Source: Escherichia phage sutha. From it: a DNA stretch of 64,000 nt. The stretch lies in sequence record PV245934.1; one strand, written 5' to 3'. Of this stretch, positions 58,850-64,000 are shown piece by piece (position 1 is the stretch's first letter; the number at the start of each line of letters is the position of its first letter). The translations under genes were made by a program, and so were the position numbers. A model generated the notes under the pieces. It made no database searches. It saw only the letters and a list, made by a program, of their open reading frames with translations, and was not told the DNA's origin.

Positions 58850-60657
58850 TGAAACAAAATATTAATATCGGTAATGTTGTAGATGATGGTACCGGTGACT
58901 ACCTGCGTAAAGGTGGTATAAAAATAAATGAAAACTTTGATGAGCTTTATTATGAACTCGGTGATGGTGATGTTCCATATTCAGCCGGTGCCTGGAAAAC
59001 TTATAATGCTTCATCAGGACAAACATTAACAGCAGAATGGGGAAAATCATACGCTATTAATACCTCTTCTGGAAGAGTGACTATAAATCTTCCAAAAGGA
59101 ACTGTCAATGATTACAACAAGGTAATTAGAGCTAGAGACGTATTTGCTACATGGAACGTTAACCCAGTTACATTAGTAGCTGCTTCTGGTGATACGATTA
59201 AAGGGTCTGCAGTACCAGTTGAAATTAATGTTCAATTCAGTGATTTGGAATTAGTGTATTGCGCTCCAGGACGTTGGGAATATGTCAAAAATAAGCAAAT
59301 TGACAAAATTACCAGTTCAGACATTAGTAATGTAGCTCGTAAAGAATTTTTAGTCGAAGTCCAAGGACAAACAGACTTTTTAGATGTTTTCCGTGGAACT
59401 AGCTATAATGTAAATAACATCAGAGTAAAACATCGCGGTAACGAATTGTATTACGGTGATGTGTTTAGCGAAAACAGCGATTTTGGCTCTCCGGGTGAAA
59501 ATGAAGGAGAGCTAGTTCCTCTTGATGGATTTAATATTCGATTAAGACAGCCTTGTAATATTGGTGACACTGTTCAAATTGAAACATTTATGGATGGTGT
59601 ATCGCAGTGGAGAAGTTCATATACAAGACGTCAAATTAGATTGTTAGATTCAAAATTAACGTCAAAAACTTCTTTAGAAGGAAGCATTTACGTTACTGAT
59701 TTATCAACAATGAAATCAATTCCATTTTCTGCTTTTGGATTAATTCCAGGAGAACCTATTAATCCTAACTCTCTTGAGGTTCGTTTTAACGGGATTTTAC
59801 AGGAATTGGCTGGCACAGTTGGAATGCCATTATTTCATTGCGTTGGTGCCGATTCAGACGATGAAGTAGAATGCTCTGTTTTAGGTGGAACTTGGGAACA
59901 ATCTCATACCGATTATTCAGTTGAAACTGATGAAAATGGCATACCAGAAATTTTACATTTCGATAGAGTATTTGAGCATGGCGACATTATCAATATCACC
60001 TGGTTTAATAATGATTTAGGCACATTATTAACAAAAGATGAGATTATTGATGAAACTGATAATCTCTATGTATCGCAAGGACCAGGAGTAGATATTTCCG
60101 GTGATGTAAATTTAACAGACTTCGATAAAATTGGTTGGCCAAATGTAGAAGCAGTTCAATCTTATCAACGCGAATTTAACGCTGTTTCAAATATCTTTGA
60201 TACGATTTATCCTATTGGAACTATATATGAAAACGCTGTTAATCCAAATAACCCTGTTACATATATGGGATTCGGCTCATGGAAATTATTTGGGCAAGGA
60301 AAAGTTTTAGTTGGATGGAATGAAGATATTTCGGACCCTAACTTTGCTCTAAATAACAACGATTTAGATTCGGGTGGAAATCCTTCACATACTGCGGGCG
60401 GAACAGGTGGTTCTACTTCTGTTACATTGGAAAATGCTAATCTTCCTGCAACTGAAACAGATGAAGAAGTTCTAATAGTTGATGAAAATGGATCAGTCAT
60501 TGTTGGTGGGTGTCAATACGATCCAGATGAATCCGGTCCAATTTACACTAAATACCGTGAAGCTAAAGCATCTACTAACTCTACTCACACTCCGCCAACA
60601 TCAATAACTAACATTCAACCATATATTACAGTTTATCGTTGGATAAGGATTGCATAA
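58849..60657 (+). CDS. 10: baseplate wedge / short-tail-fibre attachment protein gp10
   Basis: 602 aa; size and synteny match T4 gp10. Confidence 0.95.
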   Translation: MKQNINIGNVVDDGTGDYLRKGGIKINENFDELYYELGDGDVPYSAGAWKTYNASSGQTLTAEWGKSYAINTSSGRVTINLPKGTVNDYNKVIRARDVFATWNVNPVTLVAASGDTIKGSAVPVEINVQFSDLELVYCAPGRWEYVKNKQIDKITSSDISNVARKEFLVEVQGQTDFLDVFRGTSYNVNNIRVKHRGNELYYGDVFSENSDFGSPGENEGELVPLDGFNIRLRQPCNIGDTVQIETFMDGVSQWRSSYTRRQIRLLDSKLTSKTSLEGSIYVTDLSTMKSIPFSAFGLIPGEPINPNSLEVRFNGILQELAGTVGMPLFHCVGADSDDEVECSVLGGTWEQSHTDYSVETDENGIPEILHFDRVFEHGDIINITWFNNDLGTLLTKDEIIDETDNLYVSQGPGVDISGDVNLTDFDKIGWPNVEAVQSYQREFNAVSNIFDTIYPIGTIYENAVNPNNPVTYMGFGSWKLFGQGKVLVGWNEDISDPNFALNNNDLDSGGNPSHTAGGTGGSTSVTLENANLPATETDEEVLIVDENGSVIVGGCQYDPDESGPIYTKYREAKASTNSTHTPPTSITNIQPYITVYRWIRIA

Positions 60658-61316
60658 TGAGTTTACTTAATAATAAAGCGGGAGTTATTTCCCGCTTAGC
60701 CGATTTTCTTGGTTTTAGACCTAAAACTGGCGACATCGATGTAATGAATCGTCAATCAGTTGGGTCAGTGACAATTTCTCAATTAGCGAAAGGATTTTAT
60801 GAACCAAACGTAGAATCAGCTATTAATGATGTTCATAATTTTTCTATAAAAGACGTTGGTACAATTATTACTAATAAAACTGGTGTTTCTCCTGAGGGTG
60901 TTTCTCAAACTGATTATTGGGCATTTTCAGGAACTGTGACAGATGATTCGCTTCCTCCTGGTTCTCCTGTTACTGTATTAGTATTCGGTCTTCCAGTTTC
61001 AGCAACAACCGGAATGACAGCTATTGAGTTTGTCGCCAAAGTTCGTGTTGCCTTGCAAGAAGCTATTGCGTCATTTACTGCTATCAATTCATATAAAGAC
61101 CATCCAACCGATGGTAGTAAATTAGAAGTTACTTATTTAGATAATCAAAAACATGTATTAAGCACATATTCTACATATGGAATAACTATTTCCCAAGAAA
61201 TTATTTCCGAATCTAAGCCTGGATATGGCACATGGAATTTGCTTGGTGCACAAACTGTAACTTTAGATAATCAGCAAACTCCAATAGTACTTTATCATTT
61301 TGAGAGAACAGCATGA
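60657..61316 (+). CDS. 11: baseplate wedge protein gp11
   Basis: Start placed at MSLLNNKAG (ATG overlapping gp10 stop, TAATG), giving 219 aa as in T4. Confidence 0.9.
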   Translation: MSLLNNKAGVISRLADFLGFRPKTGDIDVMNRQSVGSVTISQLAKGFYEPNVESAINDVHNFSIKDVGTIITNKTGVSPEGVSQTDYWAFSGTVTDDSLPPGSPVTVLVFGLPVSATTGMTAIEFVAKVRVALQEAIASFTAINSYKDHPTDGSKLEVTYLDNQKHVLSTYSTYGITISQEIISESKPGYGTWNLLGAQTVTLDNQQTPIVLYHFERTA

Positions 61317-62896
61317 GTAATAATACATATCAACACGTTTCTAATGAATCTCGCTATGTAAAATTTGATCCAACTGGCACAAATTTTCCGGCAGAGATTA
61401 CTGATGTTCAGGCTGCTATAGCAGCCATTTCTCCTGCTGGTGTAAATGGAGTTCCTGATGCATCATCAACAACAAAAGGAATTTTATTTCTTGCCACTGA
61501 ACAGGAAGTTATCGACGGAACTGATAATACCAAAGCAGTTACACCAGCAACGTTGGCAACAAGATTATCTTATCCAAACGCAACTGAAACTGTTTACGGA
61601 TTAACAAGATATTCAACCAATGATGAAGCGATTGCCGGAGTTAATAATGAATCTTCTATAACTCCTGCTAAATTTACTGTTGCCCTTAATAATGCCTTTG
61701 AAACTCGTGTTTCAACTGAATCAAAGAATGGAGTTATTAAAATTTCATCTCTACCGCAAGCATTAGCTGGCGCAGATGATACTACTGCAATGACTCCATT
61801 AAAAACGCAGCAGTTAGCTATTAAACTAATTGCGCAAATCGCTCCTTCTGAATCCACAGCTACCGAATCGGCCCAAGGTGTTGTTCAATTAGCGACAGTA
61901 GCTCAAGTTCGTCAAGGAACTTTAAGAGAAGGCTATGCAATTTCTCCTTATACGTTCATGAATTCTACTGCTACTGAAGAATATAAAGGCGTAATTAAAT
62001 TAGGAACACAATCAGAAGTTAACTCGAATAATGCTTCTGTTGCGGTTACTGGTGCAACTCTTAATGGTCGTGGTTCTACAACGTCAATGAGAGGCGTAGT
62101 TAAATTAACTACAACTGCCGGCTCACAGAGTGGAGGCGATGCTTCATCAGCATTAGCTTGGAATGCTGATGTTATCCACCAAAGAGGTGGTCAAACGATT
62201 AATGGAACACTTCGCATTAATAATACGCTTACAATAGCTTCAGGTGGAGCAAATATTACCGGAACAGTTAACATGACCGGTGGTTATATTCAAGGTAAGC
62301 GTGTTGTAACACAGAATGAAATAGATAGAACTATTCCTGTTGGAGCTATTATGATGTGGGCGGCAGATAGTCTTCCTAGTGATGCTTGGCGCTTCTGTCA
62401 TGGCGGAACTGTTTCAGCATCAGATTGTCCGTTATATGCTTCTAGAATTGGAACAAGATACGGCGGAAGCTCATCAAATCCTGGATTACCTGATATGCGT
62501 GGCCTTTTTGTTCGCGGCTCTGGTCGCGGCTCTCACTTAACAAATCCAAATGTTAATGGTAATGACCAATTTGGTAAGCCTAGATTAGGTGTAGGTTGTA
62601 CTGGTGGATATGTTGGCGAAGTGCAAAAACAGCAGATGTCTTATCATAAACACGCTGGCGGATTTGGTGAATGGGATGATTCTGGAGCATTCGGTAATAC
62701 CCGTAGATCAAATTTTGTTGGTACACGTAAAGGACTTGACTGGGATAACCGTTCATACTTCACCAATGATGGATATGAAATTGACCCAGCATCACAACGA
62801 AATTCTAGATACACACTAAATCGTCCTGAATTAATTGGAAATGAAACACGTCCATGGAACATTTCTTTAAACTACATAATTAAGGTAAAAGAATGA
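61313..62896 (+). CDS. 12: short tail fibre protein gp12
   Basis: 527 aa; size and synteny match T4 gp12. Confidence 0.95.
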   Translation: MSNNTYQHVSNESRYVKFDPTGTNFPAEITDVQAAIAAISPAGVNGVPDASSTTKGILFLATEQEVIDGTDNTKAVTPATLATRLSYPNATETVYGLTRYSTNDEAIAGVNNESSITPAKFTVALNNAFETRVSTESKNGVIKISSLPQALAGADDTTAMTPLKTQQLAIKLIAQIAPSESTATESAQGVVQLATVAQVRQGTLREGYAISPYTFMNSTATEEYKGVIKLGTQSEVNSNNASVAVTGATLNGRGSTTSMRGVVKLTTTAGSQSGGDASSALAWNADVIHQRGGQTINGTLRINNTLTIASGGANITGTVNMTGGYIQGKRVVTQNEIDRTIPVGAIMMWAADSLPSDAWRFCHGGTVSASDCPLYASRIGTRYGGSSSNPGLPDMRGLFVRGSGRGSHLTNPNVNGNDQFGKPRLGVGCTGGYVGEVQKQQMSYHKHAGGFGEWDDSGAFGNTRRSNFVGTRKGLDWDNRSYFTNDGYEIDPASQRNSRYTLNRPELIGNETRPWNISLNYIIKVKE

Positions 62897-64000
62897 CAGA
62901 TATTGTACTGAATGACTTACCATTCGTTGACGGCCCTCCTGCAGAGGGCCAGAGCCGCATTTCCTGGATTAAAAACGGCGAAGAAATATTAGGAGCTGAC
63001 ACACAATATGGAAGTGAAGGCTCAATGAATAGACCTACAGTTTCTGTACTAAGAAATGTTGAAGTTCTTGATAAAAACATTGGAATACTTAAAACATCTT
63101 TAGAAACCGCAAATAGTGATATTAAAACAATTCAGGGCATCTTAGATGTATCTGGTGATATTGAAGCTTTGGCCCAAATAAGTATCAATAAAAAGGATAT
63201 TTCTGACCTTAAAACGCTAACCAGTGAACATACAGAAATATTAAATGGAACTAATAGTACAGTTGACAGCATTCTTGCTGATATTGGTCCATTTAACTCC
63301 GAGGCTAACTCTGTATACAGAACGATCAGAAATGATTTACTGTGGATAAAGCGTGAACTTGGACAATACACAGGCCAAGATATTAATGGTCTTCCTGTTG
63401 TAGGAAATCCTAGCACAGGAATGAAGCATCGCATTATTAATAATACTGATGTCATCACTTCACAGGGAATACGTTTAAGCGAATTAGAAACAAAATTTAT
63501 TGAATCTGATGTAGGTTCTTTAACTATTGAAGTTGGTAATCTTCGCGAAGAGCTTGGACCTAAACCACCGTCATTTTCACAAAATATCTACAGTCGTTTA
63601 AATGAAATTGACACTAAACAGACAACAGTTGAGTCTGACATTAGTGCTATTAAGACCTCAATAGGATATCCAGGAAATAATTCGATTATCACGAGTGTTA
63701 ATACAAACACTGATAATATTGCATCTATTAATTTAGAGCTAAATCAAAGTGGAGGTATTAAACAGCGTTTAACCGTTATTGAAACTTCTATTGGTTCAGA
63801 TGATATTCCTTCGAGTATTAAAGGCCAAATCAAAGATAATACAACTTCAATCGAAGCTCTAAATGGAATCGTCGGTGAAAACACTTCATCTGGTTTAAGA
63901 GCGAATGTTTCGTGGTTAAACCAAATTGTTGGAACTGATTCTAGCGGTGGACAACCTTCTCCTCCTGGGTCTCTTTTAAACCGAGTTTCTACAATTGAAA
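62893..64000 (+). CDS. wac: fibritin (whisker) Wac, partial (3' end beyond window)
   Basis: [71 protein letters not shown]... matches T4 fibritin; ATG overlaps gp12 stop (ATGA). Confidence 0.9.
   Translation, partial: MTDIVLNDLPFVDGPPAEGQSRISWIKNGEEILGADTQYGSEGSMNRPTVSVLRNVEVLDKNIGILKTSLETANSDIKTIQGILDVSGDIEALAQISINKKDISDLKTLTSEHTEILNGTNSTVDSILADIGPFNSEANSVYRTIRNDLLWIKRELGQYTGQDINGLPVVGNPSTGMKHRIINNTDVITSQGIRLSELETKFIESDVGSLTIEVGNLREELGPKPPSFSQNIYSRLNEIDTKQTTVESDISAIKTSIGYPGNNSIITSVNTNTDNIASINLELNQSGGIKQRLTVIETSIGSDDIPSSIKGQIKDNTTSIEALNGIVGENTSSGLRANVSWLNQIVGTDSSGGQPSPPGSLLNRVSTIE

Overview
This window is a contiguous segment of a T4-like (T-even) myovirus genome. Positions 1-47414 are early/middle genes on the minus strand, in T4 order: clamp loader 62/44, sliding clamp 45, rpbA, recombination nuclease 46/47, alpha-glucosyltransferase, late sigma factor 55, nrdH, nrdG, anaerobic reductase nrdD (no intron), endonuclease VII (49), nrdC, a long variable region of unknown ORFs, rI, tk, regB, a GrcA-like glycyl-radical protein, internal-protein-like genes, lysozyme e, nudE, a 10-tRNA cluster with stable-RNA locus, Acb1 (57B), 57A, and genes 1, 3, 2, 4. 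Positions 47462-64000 are late baseplate and fibre genes on the plus strand: 53, 5, a 678-aa unknown ORF, 6, 7, 8, 9, 10, 11, 12 and the start of wac. Many sigma70-type T4 early promoters (GTTTAC -35), TATAAATA late promoters and UUCG-tetraloop hairpin terminators are visible. Features that depart from what I recall of T4 are: no denV, two extra tRNAs (Tyr, Asn), a T5orf172-family ORF in the tRNA cluster, a frameshifted GIY-YIG endonuclease gene between nrdD and nrdG, a second GIY-YIG gene between 47 and a-gt, a tandem family of coiled-coil proteins, a nucleotidyltransferase/ATPase/membrane-protein island, and the 678-aa ORF downstream of the gp5 spike. All calls come from reading the sequence and recalled T4 biology; no database search was run.
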